Positions 63,620 through 64,000 of a stretch of DNA of 64,000 bases are shown one piece after another. The translations under genes and the position numbers were made by a program. This DNA is from Octopus bimaculoides (lineage: Eukaryota). The first letter of the stretch is position 1, and each line of letters opens with the position of its first letter. A model generated the notes under the pieces. It had not been told where the DNA came from and did not search any database. It saw only the letters and a program-made list of their open reading frames with translations. Location of the stretch: contig NC_068983.1 of the NCBI RefSeq assembly GCF_001194135.2, forward strand, positions 146,322,884 through 146,386,883. Direction: 5' to 3'.

Positions 63620-64000
63620 TTCAGGAAAAATATTCCCTGGGAGGATGGACACAATGTGGGTGATAAAAATTGTAAAGGTAATTAAAGGATGTGGACATGG
63701 ATAGAAATGGCATGAAACAAACCAGTTCAAGGAAAAGAGGTTCATATAGCATCACCAGAAAATGCAGAGTAAAGAAACATCATGTTTGTGAGTTAGAAGT
63801 TGGTATGTGTTGGTGAATAGCTTCAAACCAATCAGCTGGATGGCCTTTTTGTAAAAGCAGTCCAGGATGTTCGAATGTATAGCAGCAACACATGTTAGTT
63901 GAGGGAGTAGTGTTCCACTATGGATCTTATATCAGTTTTGAAGTTAGTGAAAGTTGGAAGATGAAGTATTTTATAGCCTTAAAGAGAAAAACCAGATCTT
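63620..64000 (-). mobile_element. CR1-type LINE RT C-terminal fragment
   Basis: Minus strand KTDIRSIVEHYS...ILDCFYKKAIQLIG...LLTHKHDVSLLCIF resembles the CR1 C-terminus (YK.QIRP.LEY...LD.IQ..AIRLI...L.HRR.VS.LC.FY). Confidence 0.65.

Noticed and set aside
60150-63620. Related segments at about 60150-60420 and 63380-63620 as a gene duplication
   Set aside because: Both are decayed copies of an unclassified interspersed repeat with no conserved reading frame.

Overview
AT-rich, repeat-dense animal genomic DNA from a draft scaffold with five N-gaps. The repeat families (RTE LINE tails ending in (GAT)n, tRNA-derived SINEs) look like octopus/cephalopod; this is recognition, not a database result. 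The only host coding sequence I can firmly support is the first coding exon of AGFG1 (ArfGAP with FG repeats; HRB/RIP/drongo) on the minus strand at 40576-40413. YY1- and CTCF-like motifs sit at its start, and I could find no second exon in the 40 kb downstream. The rest is mostly decayed mobile DNA: four TIR-bounded Tc1/mariner copies (two mariner, one Tc1, one DD37D/maT), a Gypsy LTR element with both LTRs and a TSD, RTE, CR1 and Penelope retroelements, SINEs, MITEs and microsatellites. The most interesting observations are: (1) a nearly intact minimal type-I hammerhead ribozyme at 2265-2312 plus two decayed hammerhead-like relics; (2) 66-bp hairpin-bearing tandem arrays in RTE 3' UTRs; (3) a palindromic MITE carrying inverted telomeric repeats; (4) a Cys-rich finger inserted inside the RTE reverse transcriptase; (5) a promoter-like island inside AGFG1 intron 1; and (6) several resolvable nested insertions. 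I found no CRISPR array or prokaryote-type system, and I cannot claim a wholly new biological system from this sequence.
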